Below, one piece after another: positions 36,642 through 50,801 of a stretch of DNA of 64,000 bases (the first letter of the stretch is position 1; each line of letters opens with the position of its first letter). The position numbers and the translations under genes are program-made. The notes below the pieces were generated by a model, which saw only the letters and a list, made by a program, of their open reading frames with translations, ran no database searches and was not told where the DNA came from. The DNA comes from Malacoraja senta. Lineage: Eukaryota. Location of the stretch: NCBI GenBank assembly GCA_038087875.1, contig JAXLNO010000524.1:1-64000 (forward strand). Direction: 5' to 3'.

Positions 36642-38992
36642 GTGATTGGGTATTGAGTAATGAGGAAGGGTTAGTTAGCAGTCTTGTTGTGCGTGGCCCC
36701 TTGGGCAAGAGTGACCATAATATGGTTGAGTTCTTCATTAGGATGGAGAGTGACATAATTAATTCAGAAACAAGGGTTCTGAACTTAAAGTAAGGTAACT
36801 TTGAGGTTATGAGACGTGAATTGGCCAAGATAGACTGGCAATTGATTCTTAAAGGGTTGATGGTGGATATGCAATGGAAGGCATTTAAAGACTGCATGGA
36901 TGAACTACAACAATTGTTCATCCCAGTTTGGCGAAAGAATAAATCAGGGAAGGTAGTGCATCCGTCGATAACAAGGGAAATCAGGGATAGTATCAAAGCA
37001 AAAGATGAAGCATACAAATTAGCCAGAAAAAGCAGCCTACCAGATGACTGGGAGAAATTCAGAGTCCAGCAGAGGAGGACTAAGGGCTTAATTAGGAAAG
37101 GGAAAATAGATTATGAAAGAAAACTGGCAGGGAACATAAAAACTGACTGCAAAAGTTTTTATAGATATGTGAAGAGAAAAAGATTAGTTAAAACAAATGT
37201 AGGTCCCTTGCAGTCAGAAACAGGTAAATTGATCATGGGGAACAAGGACATGGCAGACCATTTGAATAACTACTTTGGTTCTGTCTTCACTAAGGAAGAC
37301 ATAAATAATCTGCCGGAAATAGCAGGGGACCGGGGGTCAAATGAGATGGAGGAACTGAGTAAAATCCAGGTTAGCCGGGAAGTGGTGTTAGGTAAATTGA
37401 ATGGATTAAAGGCCGATAAATCCCCAGGGCCAGATAGGCTGCATCCCAGAGTATTTAAGGAAGTAGCCCCAGAAATAGTGGATGCATTAGTGATAATTTT
37501 TCAAAACTCTTTAGATTCTGGAATAGTTCCTGGGGATTGAAGGGTAGCTAATGTAACCCCACTTTTTAAAAAGGGAGGGAGAGAGAAAACAGGGAATTAC
37601 AGATCAGTTAGTCTAACATCGGTAGTGGGGAAACTGCTAGAGTCAGTTATTAAAGATGGGATAGCAGCACATTTGGAAAGTGGTGAAATCATTGGACAAA
37701 GTCAACATGAAAGGTAAATCATGTCTGACGAATCTTATAGAATTTTTCGAGGATGTAACTAGTAGAGTGGATAAGGGAGAACCAGTGGATGTGTTATATC
37801 TGGACTTTCAGAAGGCTTTCGACAAGGTCCCACATTTGAGATTAGTATGCAAACTTAAATCACACGGTATTGGGGGTTCAGTATTGATGCGGATAGAGAA
37901 ATGGCTGGCAGACAGGAAGCAAAGAGTAGGAGTAAACGGGTCCTTTTCAGAATGGCAGGCAGTGACTAGTGGGGTACCGCAAGGCTCAGTGCTGGGACCC
38001 CAGCTATTTACAATATATATTAATTATTTGGACGAGGGAATTAAATGCAACATCTCCAAGTTTGCGGATGACACGAAGCTGGGGGGCAGTGTTAGCTGTG
38101 AGGAGAATGCTAGGAGGCTGCAAGGTGACTTGGATAGGTTGGGTGAGTGGGCAAATGCATGGCTGATGCAGTATAATGTGGATAAATATGAGGTTATCCA
38201 CTTTGGTGGCAAAAACAGGAAAGTAGACTATTATCTGAATGGTGGCCGATTAGGGAAAGGGGATGCAACGAGACCTGGGTGTCATGGTACACCAGTCATT
38301 GAAAGCAGGCATGCAGGTGCAGCAGGCAGTGAAGAAAGCGAATGGTATGTTAGCATTCATAGCAAAAGGATTTGAGTATAGGAGCAGGGAGGTTCTACTG
38401 CAGTTGTACAGGGTCTTGGTGAGACCACACCTGGAGTATTGCGTACAGTTTTGGTCTCCTAATCTGAGGAAAGACATTCTCGCCATAGAGGGAGTACAGA
38501 GAAGGTTCACCAGACTGATTCCTAGGATGTCAGGACTTTCATATGAAAAAGACTGGATAGACTCGGCTTGTACTCGCTAGAATTTAGAAGATTGAGGGGG
38601 GATCTTATAGAAACTTACAAAATTCTTAAGTGGTTGGACAGGCTAGATGTAGGAAGATTGTTCCAGATGTTGGGGAAGTCCAGAACAAGGGGTCAAAGTT
38701 TAAGGATAAGGGGGAAGTCTTTTAGGACCGAGATGAGAAAAACATTTTTCACTCAGAGTGGTGAATCTCTGCAATTCTCTTCCACAGAAGGTAGTTGAGG
38801 CCAGTTAATTGGCTATATTTAAGAGGGAGTTAGATGTGGCCCTTGTGGCTAAAGGGATCAGGGGGTATGGAGAGAAGGCAGGTACAGGATACTGAGTTGG
38901 ATGATCAGCCATGATCATATTGAATGGCAGTGCAGGCTCGAAGGACCGAATGGCCTACACCTGCACCTATTTTCTATGTTTCTATGTTTCTA
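36642..38992 (+). mobile_element. 5'-truncated CR1 LINE with RT region, frameshifted
   Basis: LGKSDH, KSPGPD, SCLTNL, YLDFQKAFDKV, GVPQGSVLGP, FADDTK, RPHLEYC; (TTTCTATG)n tail. Confidence 0.97.
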
Positions 38993-39235
38993 AATTGGTG
39001 AAGGATGCCTGATACTTGGTTAGAGGTAGGACAATTGGCACAATCCCATTGTCTTGTCTGATTTATTTGGTAACGTCTCATGGGCACATCACTTTATGAA
39101 CTATATCGCTTAAGCTGCCTTCTAGTCTGGGCCAATCACCTGGGCTTGGTTAGTTACAAAGCTGCCCTTTTAATTTCAAAACAGATTATTGCTTGTAGTT
39201 TCCATTCGAACAGGTCTCATTTATATCAATGCTTA

Positions 39236-39500
39236 GGGTTTATGCCCACCAAGTCCGCGCAGACCAGCGATCACCCGCACACTTGCGCCATGCTACGTAC
39301 TAGGGACAATTTTACCAAAACCAATTAAGCTACAAACCTGTAGGTCTTTGGAGTGCGGGAGAAAATTGGAGCACCCAGAGAAAGCCCAGGTAGTTACAGA
39401 GTAAACATACAGACTCCGTACAGACAGTACCTGTGATCAGAATCAAACCCAAGTGTCTGGCACTGCGGCAGCGAATCTACCGGTCCCCCACAGTGCTGCC
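39236..39500 (-). mobile_element. tRNA-derived SINE, degraded
   Basis: Reverse-complement similarity to 3224-3527. Confidence 0.8.
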
Positions 39501-39859
39501 TCAGTATTCACATAATTCTTCAAAAATATCCCACGTCTAACAATCCCTATCAATATAAAGGTTCCTAAGGACATCTATTTGCTATCATACACAATGTTCA
39601 TATTTATGAAGACTAATACACAGTTTTCCTTATTTTTAAATGCTTTCGTAGCATACCCTGTCGCCTTTAAAGATTTATGCATTAGTACATCCACATTTTT
39701 ATACAACTTAGAAAGCAACCATTCAGTACATTTCAGCTGTCAGGGCATTCCCATCTGTCATATTCCCCCACTTATCTTCTGTGATTTGCAAATAATATTC
39801 CTTTGTTCAAATACATTTATAGAGATAGACCTAATAATTACAAATCAGTCTTTTTAACG

Positions 39860-40150
39860 TTGAAGAAAGGGAGAGTTGTAGAACCAACAGTGGCAGAATG
39901 AGCAATCAGTTGGACAATTGTTGATTGGCTGATGAATGCCAGTATGGATTTGTTAAAGCATATCATGTCTAACTAAGTTGATTGAGTTTTTTGTTGAACA
40001 ATCAGACTAATCTCTGGGGAAATCCACAGTTGATGATATATACAGGTTTCAAAAGACTTACAGTGAAAAACTGCACTATAGTCTCAACTTCAAGATCAAA
40101 ATGCATGGAATAAAAAGCTGTGACAAAATAGACAAAAAAATAGCTAAGCA
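39860..40150 (+). mobile_element. Ancient CR1 RT fragment
   Basis: CAGTATGGATTTGTTAAAG..TCATGTCTAACTAAGTTGATTGAGTTTTTT (QYGF..SCLT.LIEFF). Confidence 0.6.
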
Positions 40151-40292
40151 ACAACAAATAGTCCGTAGCGTTGTAAAATATTCCAAGGTTTGGTACTCTG
40201 TAGAATATTTACTGCACATTCTGGTGGTCCTTGGAAATAGTTATGTTGATCTAGAATTGCCTTCCCATTAAAGCTGAAATTGGTGACCTTGA

Positions 40293-40610
40293 TTTAGTTT
40301 AGCTTAGTTTAGTTTAGAGATACAGTATGGAAACAGGCCCATTGGCCCACCGAGTTTGTGCCAACCAGTGATCCCCACACATTAACACTAGGGACAATTT
40401 ACATTTATTCTAAGCCAATTAACCTACAAACCTGTACGGCTTCAGAGTGTGGGAGGAAACCGAAGATCTTGGAGAAAACCCACGCTGTCACGGGGAGAAC
40501 ATACAAACAAACTCCTTATAGACAGCACCCGTAGGCGGGATCGAACCTGGGTCTCTGGCGCCTGTAAATGCTGGAAGGCAGCAACTCTACCGCTGTGCCA
40601 CCATGCCGCC
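40293..40610 (-). mobile_element. tRNA-derived SINE (HE1/V-SINE-like)
   Basis: rc GGCGGCATGGTGGCACAGCGGTAGAG..GGTTCGATCC; (TTTAG)n tail. Confidence 0.9.
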
Positions 40611-40934
40611 TATCTGCTGTGGCTCTTGTCATGGTGCGACAACATCCTTCTCTGTGAATGATTCATATTGTATCCTGGTCAGGAATACTTGATAGAATTT
40701 TAGCTGCAAGACTCCAAATGAGCAGCACATGGAGATTTATAACATATGTATGCACTCTGTGCTTGAGGATGAGTTGCAGTGGCAACTCATGAACAATGCT
40801 TTTTAACTGGCTTGCACAAAGCAATAAAACTTCAACTTTATTCTTCACATCATGTAATACTTAAAAAGGAAGCACGACTCCATTGAATTTATGAGATTAG
40901 CTCTTTCTGAATTTCATTTTGAAATTATACGGTT

Positions 40935-41081
40935 ACAATTTTTCATGCAAAGGGTGGTAGGTGGAATCTGCCGGAGGAGGTAGTTGAGGCAGGTACCATC
41001 GCAACGCTTAAGAAACATTTAGACAGGTACATGGATAGGACAGGTTTAGAGGGGTTTGGGCCAAATGCAGGCAGGTGCGAT
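40935..41081 (+). mobile_element. CR1 3' fragment hosting the solo LTR; continues at 41517-41610
   Basis: CR1 3' sequence resumes GCGACCAGCGTAGATGGGACATG after the insertion. Confidence 0.85.
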
Positions 41082-41516
41082 TATAATGTAAGAGTTAAAT
41101 AGACTGTGAGCTGGAATGGAGTTGTCAGCTAAATTAGCAGCATCATATTTTGAACCTTGTTTAGAAAAAACAAGTAGATGTTTTCGAAGAATACTTGGGC
41201 TATTATATAAATACATGCTTCTACCATGAGGGCACGAGCTTCATCTTCAGGGAGAGAAAAGAGCTTCACCAAGGAGAGATAGAGAGAGGAAGAGCTTGAA
41301 CCATGGTGTGTGCCAGTTCCAGCCAGTGCAGACAGGAGACTCGAATATGCAGAGGGGCGTAAGAGTTATTTTGTATTGTTTTCTTTATTGATAGTTGATA
41401 GAATTTTTCTGTGTTTTACTTGTATTTGCATTAATAATTAGTTATTTGTGCTCTTCACCATGTGCTTCCTCCATTCATTAATCCAAATCCTTGAATCCTG
41501 CATATATTTCATTACA
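41082..41516 (+). mobile_element. Probable solo LTR
   Basis: Termini TATAATGTAA (TG mutated) and TTTCATTACA form an imperfect inverted repeat; flanks GCGAT/GCGAC (5-bp TSD, one mismatch); TATAAATA near 41206; cleanly splits a CR1. Confidence 0.6.
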
Positions 41517-42289
41517 GCGACCAGCGTAGATGGGACATGTTGGCCAGTGCGGGCAAGTTGGCCCGAAGGGCTCGTTTCCACATTGTAAGACTCGACGACT
41601 ATGATTCTAATTATATTTCTCTCATATTATACCTTCTTCCAATGGTTCACTTTACATTTAAGGCAAATTTAACACATCTCTCTATGAATTTGGCATTGCC
41701 ATTGGTGTTTACGATGCACTTAATTTTAATGGCCAAAAAGCATACTTGGCCATTGATTTCTGTGCCATAATTTCTACAAATTCATATATTTATCTCAATG
41801 TTACAGGTCAGGAAGTGTAATGAGCACCCTTCATTGTAGTTATCCGAGGACCTTCTATATCAGTTAACTCGGATATAAACGTATCACAGAAGCAAAATCA
41901 GTGGCTGTAAGAATCCAACTGGAGCAAGCTTTAATAAGGACAGATGCCACCCTAATTTGGGTTGCCTGGTTGTTAGGAATACATAATTAATCAGAAAAAA
42001 ATTGAATTTACAGAGTCATTATACAAACAAGTCAGAGATTCTCCGTGGATGTAGTCACAGGCCAATTACCGTGGTTATGCAACTGATTATTAACTCTATA
42101 GTGGCAAATGTGTACAGGTAATTCCGCTGTAAAGAGAAGTAGCAACTAACTAACATTTTATTTGTGGCATTCAGTGCTGCGTTTTCAGACTTTTACAGAA
42201 TCCAAGTGCAAGTTTTTGTAGTCTTGACTTTAAATACACATTCGACTTTAGCTAAGTAGCTCGTGTGACCAATCTTGACATTCAGACTG

Positions 42290-43528
42290 ACAACCAACCA
42301 CATCCTATCCACCTTTGGATGTCCTGAAAAGTACATTTGAATCCTGAGACTCCTCCATGGTGACATGCTTGCCACAGTCATGGGCAGTAACAGCAACTGT
42401 GAGCCGTTTCAAGGTAGATCAGAGTGAAACAGGGATGCATGATTGCCGTAACACTGTTCACCATCTTCATTGCGACAACCATCCACATCATCCAGGACGA
42501 CCTACCCCCAGGAAACAAAATCGTCTACAGAACAGATGGCAGACTTTTCAATCTTGCCCATCTCAAGTCCAAAACTAAGACATCTATGAGCTCCCTCATC
42601 GAGTTCCAATATGCAGACGGCAACTGTGTTGCAGCTCTCTCAGAAAATCATCTGCAACAGATCCTGACTGCCTTCAACAGTGCATACACAAAACTTGGAC
42701 ACCATCAACTCTAAGAAGACTCAGGTTATCTACCAATCGTCACCAACTGAGACAAATCAGAAAGAACTGGCAATTCAACTTGGTGAAACAACCCTGGAAA
42801 ATGTGGATCACTTTGAACGAGAGTCTTTCAAAATTGTGACATCCGAACAGACACCAAAATATTAGTATACAAGGCAGTGGTGATTCCAATTTTCCTGTAT
42901 GCATCAGAAACCAGGACACCATACCGACGCCATCTGCAAACACTTGAAAAGTTCCATCAACGATGTCTTCAACGCAGCTTAAATATCAGTTGGGAAGACA
43001 AAAGAACCAACGTCAGCATGCTGAATGAAGCCAAAACATTGAGCATCGAAGCCTTCGTCATCAAGAACCAACTAAGATGGTCGGTCATGTTGTTCGGATG
43101 GAAGATGAGCGTCTACCAAAACAAACCTTCTACTCCCAGCTTAAAGAAAGCAAACGGAAAAGAGGCGGACAAAAGAAGAGATTCAAAGACGCCTTAAAAG
43201 CCAGCTTGAAGAAATGTGCAATCGACATCGATAATTGGGAAACCAATGCCAAGGACAGGAAACTCTGGCAAACCATCATCCAATAAGGAACAGCGACCTT
43301 CGAAGCCAAGAGATGTGCAGAATTAGAAGAAAAGAGAAGAAAACGGAAAGAGATGCAGCAACAACCAAAGCCCGATCTGCCATCTGGAATTACATGTCCT
43401 GAATGTCGAAGAACTTTCAAAGCCAGGATTGGACTCATAAGCCACCTGAGAGTCCATAAAAACAACTGACGTAAAAACAACAGAATATAGACCATCATCC
43501 TCGATCTCGAGGGATAGCCACGACAATG
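42290..43528 (+). mobile_element. RTE (BovB-like) LINE 3' fragment, decayed
   Basis: VKQGCMIA.TLF, YRTDGRLFNL, QYADG, LEKFHQRCL, GHVVRMEDERLPKQ, GGQKKRFKD, C-terminal C2H2-like CPEC..HLRVH. Confidence 0.92.
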
Positions 43529-43915
43529 AATGTCCTCCTTTATATCCTTGGCTAGCTTACCTTCGTACTTCATCTTTTCTCTCCGTATTCCCGTTTTAGT
43601 TATCTTCTGTTGCTCTTTAATCCTCAATCCTCTTGCTTCACGCTCATCTTTGCTACGTTGTACTTCTACTCTTTTATTTTTATACTGTCCCTGACTTCCC
43701 TTGTCAGCCACGGTGGCCCCTTACTCCCCTTGGAATCTTTCCTCCTCTTTGGAATGAACTGATCCTGCACCTTCTGTATTATTCCCAGAAATACCTACCA
43801 TTCTTCCATTGTCATCCCTGCTAGGGTTTCTTTCCAGTCAGCTTTGGCCAGCTCCTCCCTCATGGCTCCATAGTCCCTTTTGTTCAACTGTAACACTGAC
43901 ACCTCCGATTTACCA
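43529..43915 (-). mobile_element. CR1 ORF2 internal fragment
   Basis: IRREKMKYEGKLAKDIKED; homologous to the CR1 region 36780-37150. Confidence 0.85.
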
Positions 43916-46900
43916 TTTTACTTCGGAGTCACGTGAGTGAATTTTTGAAGGGTTTTGAATTTCTTGCAGGCACCTATTTTCACAGAGGTATCCTGCTAGA
44001 AATTGGGACGAATTCCGGCGAGTGAACCGGCTATGGGCTGTGGGGGGACCCCGGTTCCGACCGTGAAAGCGGATAGTCGGCAGATATCGGGTTCGTGTTT
44101 TCCAGCCACTGACAAAGCGGTCAGTGGTTTCCAGCCTGCTGTGTTCCTGGGGAGGGAAAATCAAGCAGGAACGCGGTATCACCGCCAGAGTCGCTGACAG
44201 TGCGGTCAGCGGCTCACAGATATATCGTCGTTCGGTGGTCCCCAGGTATGAGGGAAATCACCGATACATCGATCAGCCCTATTAAACTCGGACGAGTTGG
44301 GCTGCAAGGATTCCCTTCTGGAAATAAGTATGTATTTGGAGGATTCTGTTGTCATTTTTAACCCTTTACAGGTGAAGCTCGCGCCAGCAGCGCCTAGGAC
44401 AGGGCTGCTTAATGTGTGACAGCGCAGGCCTGTACGATAGGCCGTGCCAGCAGTGCCTAGGACAGGGCTGCTTAATGTCTCCCAGTTGGAGGGGGAGACC
44501 ATCACGGGTCAGTATACCACTGACGCCGAATCTGTCACAGCGCTGGCCTATGGGAGAGCCCGCACCAGCAGTGCCAGGGACAGGGCTGCTTAATGTGTGA
44601 CAGCGCCGGCCTGGACAAGAGGCCGTGCCAGCAGTGCCTGGGACAGGGCTATTTTATGTCTCCCTCTTTGAAGAGGAGAGCATGCCGGGTCAGTGTAATT
44701 CTGACGCCGAGGCTGAGGGTATAGCCATGGAGCATACGCCAAGGGATGAAGGGCACGTGTCAGAGGTATCCTTTCCTGACAACAGTTTGCCATCCCAACA
44801 GAATGTTCCAACCTGGTGGCCGTATCAGCGCAGGTATCCCAGGGGCTTGCGGCAGCACCTGTTTAGGGCTGCCTACGAATCGCCCTCTCTAAGGAGGGGA
44901 GTGCGAAAGGTCAGATGTAACTAACGTCAGATTCTAAAGATGTCCGTGGAACATACTGGAGCACATGTGTGCCGGCAGTGAACAGCGCTATCGGGGATAT
45001 GAGAGCCAGCCGCCGAATCTTCTATTCGGTTAAGGTCTATTCAACAGCAAAAACCTGGGATGAAGCAAAAGCTGTCGGACCAATCAAGACCAAAGGCGGG
45101 CAAAGGTTCATCGGTTCAGAACGCAGCCCAGGCCTTCATCGGCAGTAAGCGGTTCACTGAAGCTGGTGGCAGCATGATAGCTGGGCAGAGGTTCCACGTA
45201 CCCTACCAGTCCTACTCAACAAGGTAGGTCTGGCACTTCCGAAACATGGGTAAGTGGACCACTGACAAGTTGATAATAGTTACACTTGTTTGTACACCAC
45301 ACAAAGGATAAAGGCATTGTCATCGGCTTAGAGGCATCTAACCATGTAAAACTGCACAATACTAGCATTTCAAGCAAGTTTGGAATTAGGGCCAGAATTG
45401 TCGTTTTCAAGACAGGCTCGGAAATTGGGCCAGAGTTATCCTGCAAAGCACCCATGCAATGATGGCAGGAGTGGCCTGTTCATTATGAAAAATGGAGAAT
45501 GTCGTTTAACTCGCATATGAACTTTCCAAATAGGAAACTTCTTCAGTTACTAACAATGGATTCATAAGGGCCTCAAAGATCTATTCTATGCAATTCCCAT
45601 TATAGGGATCATCGGAGACATTGGAAATTATCAAAAGGCAATGATAGCTCTACTAATAACAGTAAAACATTGCAAATTGGGATAAGCTATTTCCCCAGGT
45701 TATTTAACTAACTAGTAAAATTGGTGTTTGGACTCAGAGTTCGAAAAAAACTTGTTATGTCTTGACTGGGTGATATTCTAACGTTGTATTTTGTTAAAAT
45801 CACCTGTTTCAGCCTCAAACTATATTTGAGAAATTGGGCACATCCATCCAGTTAACTTTAAGTTGTTACCAAATAGACTTCTTGGTCATTTGGATTTACC
45901 TTTAACTATTAATTGGCCTATGACTCTGCCTTGTGGCATGTGATTGGAGTTAATAGAAATCTGTTATTAAGCTGAATTCTATTCATCAAGAGTAATTGGC
46001 AATATAGTAGCTGTGATTCAGCTGTGCAAGTCGGGAACTGACATCTTGCAAAGTAGCAACCTCTCATGTGACATGTAGGTCATTGTTAACAGGCTTATGC
46101 TATAATCAGCTGAAGCTACCTAAGTCACAGTGATGAACAAACAGTATTCAGCATTGCTCCAGTAGTTTGGTCAGTCGAATTTCAGTTATTTTACAAACTG
46201 ATGCTAAGGGCTCTAAGGTGGAGAGTTGCAAATTTCATCTCTAGTTTGGAGGTGGAGGAGATTTGCATGAGTTGCCAATTTTTCCGTTATTGGTATCAAC
46301 TAGCTATAGACACTAGATGCAATCCATGGGTAAAGGATTGAGCGAATATACATAATCTACATGCTCAACTTCAAGTTGAGACACTACGATGGGGGCATAT
46401 GTTAGTCACGTGGCAATCAAGTTAAAGTATCCTGTAATAAGTTACCTAATCTCCTTTGCCACTGGGGTATCATCAAGTTCAGATCGATGACAACACATAA
46501 TAGGTGTTGGATCACAAAGTATTTATGAAACTATGGTTCAATGAAACACCGAATATCGACATGTTGGTTTCATGCTTATTCACTAATTACAAAAATATGT
46601 GGCATAACAGTGTTGAGAGATACATTCTCGCTACAAGGAGGAATGTTCTTTTATGTCTTCCTCCATTTTGCCTCATCAGTCGGGTCTTGAAATAAAGCCA
46701 GCAAGATCTCGCTTTAGGTTTTGTACTGTCTGACTGGCTATGCAGCCATGATTCCTGCTTCCGTCAGGCATAATAATACAAATATATACGGTTATACTAA
46801 AAAATGAAAACTTTGCTGGGTCAAACTGTGGTTCAGGAAACTAGCCTCTGCATGATAAAATCAATTTATTGACTTGCAGATTCTGAATAGACTGCCCTAC

Positions 46901-47400
46901 GGCTCAGGTTCTCACATCAATCCAGGTATGTGCTCACTGCAGAGTGCAGCGATAGCAACAAAAAAGCAGTACATTTCCTATTCAGGAGGTGGGAAGTGGG
47001 TTTGTTTAATGTTAATGTTACATTTAATACGGTACAGATTACTAACGTCTTCCAGTTCATTCTTAAATGGTCTTCTGACAATAATTAAGTTTAGGGCCAT
47101 CAACGGTGCCAAACGTGCCTTCCCATCATATTAGCTGCAGCACACAGGAGCCACTCTGTCGGGTTTCAACCCTGGATATCGAGTTTGTAAACGATATCTT
47201 TAACACAAGTTCTCCCAGTACAAGTATAGGCAGTATGGGATATTGGAATTGTGTTAACAATACGTCACAGGGGCCATCTACTTCCTTAGTCATGACACTA
47301 GTATCAGCACAACGAGTGCAGACATTGCTTTAAACTCCAAAGCCCATAGATCTAATTTTTTTTAGTTGTCCAAGATAGAACAACCAGGAATTGTTTTGCA
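43916..47400 (+). mobile_element. Third DIRS1-type element (DIRS-C), heavily decayed; right end and ICR not found
   Basis: Left terminus TTTTACTTCGGAGTCACGTGAGTGA identical to DIRS-B; remnants of RT/RH, MT-like (PNIDMLVS, LPPFCLI) and YR (LVSAQRVQTL). Right boundary approximate. Confidence 0.8.
44381..44660 (+). repeat. Imperfect tandem repeats in the DIRS-C leader/gag region
   Basis: CCAGCAG(C/T)GCC..GGACAGGGCT occurs four times. Confidence 0.85.
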
Positions 47401-48049
47401 GAATTCTCTCCTGGGATGCTTGCAATGCTAGTGTATCCATTCTTCAATAAGAAGATCAACACTGTATAAGTACTTTGGGTGCAGCCTCATCGACACCCTG
47501 TTCAATTGCAAAAATACGTCTCTATATTTAAACATCAATCCCTTAGTAATAAAGGAGAGGAGAGTGAAGAGGTCCCATGACAGAGTCTGTGGCTGCAGTC
47601 AAGTTTCAAATTGCTTATTTAAACCTTATTAAAGATCGCATTCACTGTGGAAACATGGTTAATATTTTAAAGGTTCCAGGCCCAAGTGTCTCTTAGATCA
47701 ACTTTTAGATTTGTTTTTGTTCATTGTAAACCAACAGTACTGCTTCTGTACTTAAAAATAATCCCTTTGGATCCTGGAAAAAATAGCCTCTGGATGATTT
47801 TGGCTGCAAAGGCATCATACTTCTTCATTAAATGTTGCTGGTGGGAATTCAGTTCTAGATTTCTTTATGGCAGATTTAACTGATATTCTACTTCAGGCTA
47901 GTAAACTGGTGATTAGATTATCATACTGTGTATGGTGCAAAGATAATCTGTCTAGAGGCTGTTGTGAATGTTGGGGCTTATTGTTACCCAGACCCTCCAT
48001 ACCCAGACCTTACTTCAATGGCCTTTTCTTGGTGATCTCCCTTCCTTTC

Positions 48050-48343
48050 GTTTTAGTTTAGAGATACAGCATGGAAACAGGCCCTTCGCCTCACTGGGTC
48101 TGCACCGACCAACGATTCCCGTACACAAGCATTATCCTACACACTATGGACAATTTCACCATTTTTATCGGTCAAATAACCTACAAATCTGTACTTCTTT
48201 GGAGTATGGGAGGAAACTGAAAAACCCACGTGATCACAAGGAGAATGTACAAACTCCATACAGACAACATCCATAATCAGGATCGAACTCGGGTCTCTGA
48301 CGCTATAAGGCAGCAACTCTACTGCTGCGCCACTATGCCGCCC
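48050..48343 (-). mobile_element. tRNA-derived SINE (HE1/V-SINE-like)
   Basis: rc GGGCGGCATAGTGGCGCAGCAGTAGAG..GAGTTCGATCC. Confidence 0.9.
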
Positions 48344-48924
48344 TATTCTGTAACTAACCAAGTACTTGGAAAAATCACCAAACTGATTAATTTATTCATA
48401 GAGTTTTAAATGGATTATGGGTGTAGGGAATTTTCAGAAAATATATCTTGAGATACTACACAATTTTTTTTGATAAAACATTTGTATTATTGTATTCAGA
48501 ATATTAATTGGAATATAGAACTACTTATGGATAGAAAACAGTGTGCAGTACAAAACCACAAAATAACTAATGGAGTGCCCGCACAAATTCTGAGGCTTCT
48601 GCTGTTTAAAATCTAAATCAATAGCTTGGATGAAGAGGCAGAGCTTGGATATAACATCAAGCAAAGTGAAATATGTGGTTGGCAAAAAATTGTATTTTAG
48701 TATCTTGACAACGTAGCAGAAAGTCTAAAATTTTTAACATAACAGGAAACTGTATATCTTTGTGTACAGAATAGGAAAAAAATGTTTTTCATAAGGTAAA
48801 AATAAGGTGATCAGATGGATTTGGGTACATGATATACAGAAACGGAACATGTCAATGTTGCAAGCAGTTAGAAAGTATGCCTTTATTAAAAGTAAGCTGG
48901 AGAACTTGATGTGAATGCAAATAT

Positions 48925-49557
48925 GTTTTTATTTTTTTTTATTTTTTTATTTTTTTAAATTATTTTTATTAGAAGTACGGTAATTTACAGTAATACACAA
49001 CACTTATATCTTAGTACATTTTTTATACCGCTTCATTTTTTTAGCTTTAAGAGAAAGATAGAAGTAAGAAAAGTAAAGAAAGTGCGCAAGAGTCGTGAAG
49101 TGCAAAAGAGTGTTGTGAAAAGAAAGCCCATTAGAAAAGATGTTAGAGAAGGAAGTAAAGTAAGAAAGCAGATCCTAGAAAAGAAAGAAAAAGAAAGTAG
49201 GAACAATCGCAGAAAGGGAACCACCGACCAAGTCTGTTTTTATTGTTTTACCTCCCATTACCAGGTCCTGATACCATTCTTTATTTATTTATTTTTTAAA
49301 TTACTATTGCACCTCATGCTTGTAATAGGTCCAAAAACGTAGACCACGTCTTTTGGAATTGGTCTGCTTTCCCTGCTAAGAGGAATCTCATCTCTTCCAG
49401 ATGTAATGTTTCCAACATATTTGATGTCCACATTTTTATTGTTGGTGTGGGTGCATTTTTCCAGAATTTAAGTATGAGCCTTTTACCCATTATTAGCCCG
49501 TAATTGAATAAGTTCTTCTGGTACACATTTAATTCAGGGATACCTTCCGATATTCCA
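48925..49557 (-). mobile_element. 5'-truncated L1 with 14-bp TSD
   Basis: TSD GTGAATGCAAATAT at 48911-48924 and 49558-49571; ORF2 C-terminus KRLILKFWK..LEEMRF; poly(A)-type tail. Confidence 0.93.
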
Positions 49558-49820
49558 GTGAATGCAAATATATAGGCCATGGTGAGACATCACCCAAAAT
49601 GACATGTACAGAGTTGGTCTCTTTACCTAGGAGAGAACATTGTTTTTTTGTGCATGCCAAGAAGGTTCACCAGATTTATTTCTGTGAAGGCTGATCAGAA
49701 ATAATTATAGAATATAACAGGCCTATGTTTGTTTGGTTTGGTAGGAAAATCAGAGGAATTGACTGATCATGGACTTGAAACCATTCATTTTAGAAATTCT
49801 TTGAGGATATAAATTGTTGT

Positions 49821-49960
49821 GTCATAGAATCATGGAGGCAGACAGCACAGAAACAGGCCATTCAGCCCAACTGTCCCTGAAACCAAGATTCTCCAGGTTA
49901 GCCCATTTTTACCCATATTTCTCTAAATCGTCCCTACGCAAGTACCTGACGAAATGTCTT
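49821..49960 (-). mobile_element. CR1 3' fragment, first piece of a host split into pieces at 49821-49960, 50777-50801, 56352-56461, 63660-63718 and 63844-63890
   Basis: The pieces concatenate into a collinear CR1 3' end (reverse complement). Confidence 0.85.
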
Positions 49961-50776
49961 TTTTTTTTTTTTTTTAAATTTTAATTTTATTAGAAGTAAG
50001 TACAATTGTATACAATCATATTTTCATAATACCTTTTATGTACAGCTTCTTATTTTTTAAATTTTTTGAAATAAAGAAGAAAAAGAAAAAAGTTAGATAA
50101 TGAAAAATAGAAAAATGTGAGATATATAGTGTGTGAAAAAGAAAAATAAAGAATGAAAAAAGAAAGTTGAGACATAGAAAATAGAAGAAAGAGAATAAAA
50201 GAAAAGAAGAGAAGAAAAGAAAATAGAAGGAGATCATTTATAATCTTGACCATCCGCAGTCACGGATTAGCTTTTACACCTGTTTTGCACCATACGTTTC
50301 CAAAAAGACGACAAATGGAGACCAACTCGTTATGAATTGGTCAAATTTATCTATTAGGAGGAATCGCATTTCCTCAAGATGTGCGGTATCCAACATACTT
50401 GCAATCCACATTTTGAGCGTTGGTATTGGTGTATTTTTCCAAAATTTCAATATTAATTTTTTTGCTATTATTAAACCATAATTAAAAATTGACTTTTGAG
50501 ATGAGCTCAATTTGTTCCCGTCTTCCATTACCCCAAATATAATCAATTCATTATTGGGTTCCATTTTTGTCTTAAATAGTTTTGTAAATATTTCGAAAAT
50601 ATCACTCCAAAATCCATGAAGTTTTATACAAGAAACAAAAGAGTGTGTTATAGTTGCTTCTTGGGTTAAACATTTATCGCAAATGGGCGATATATTTGGA
50701 TAACATTTATTTAATCTTGTTTTTGAGTAATATAATCTATGTAATATTTTAAATTGGATTAGATTATGTCTTGCGT
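49961..50776 (-). mobile_element. 5'-truncated L1 with TSD CGAAATGTCTT(TT)
   Basis: ORF2 C-terminus (LIQFKILHRLY..CDKC..KLILKFWK), poly(A) tail; TSD at 49950 and 50777; TT/AAAA-type site on the minus strand. Confidence 0.93.
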
Positions 50777-50801
50777 CGAAATGTCTTTTAAATGCTGTTA
50801 T

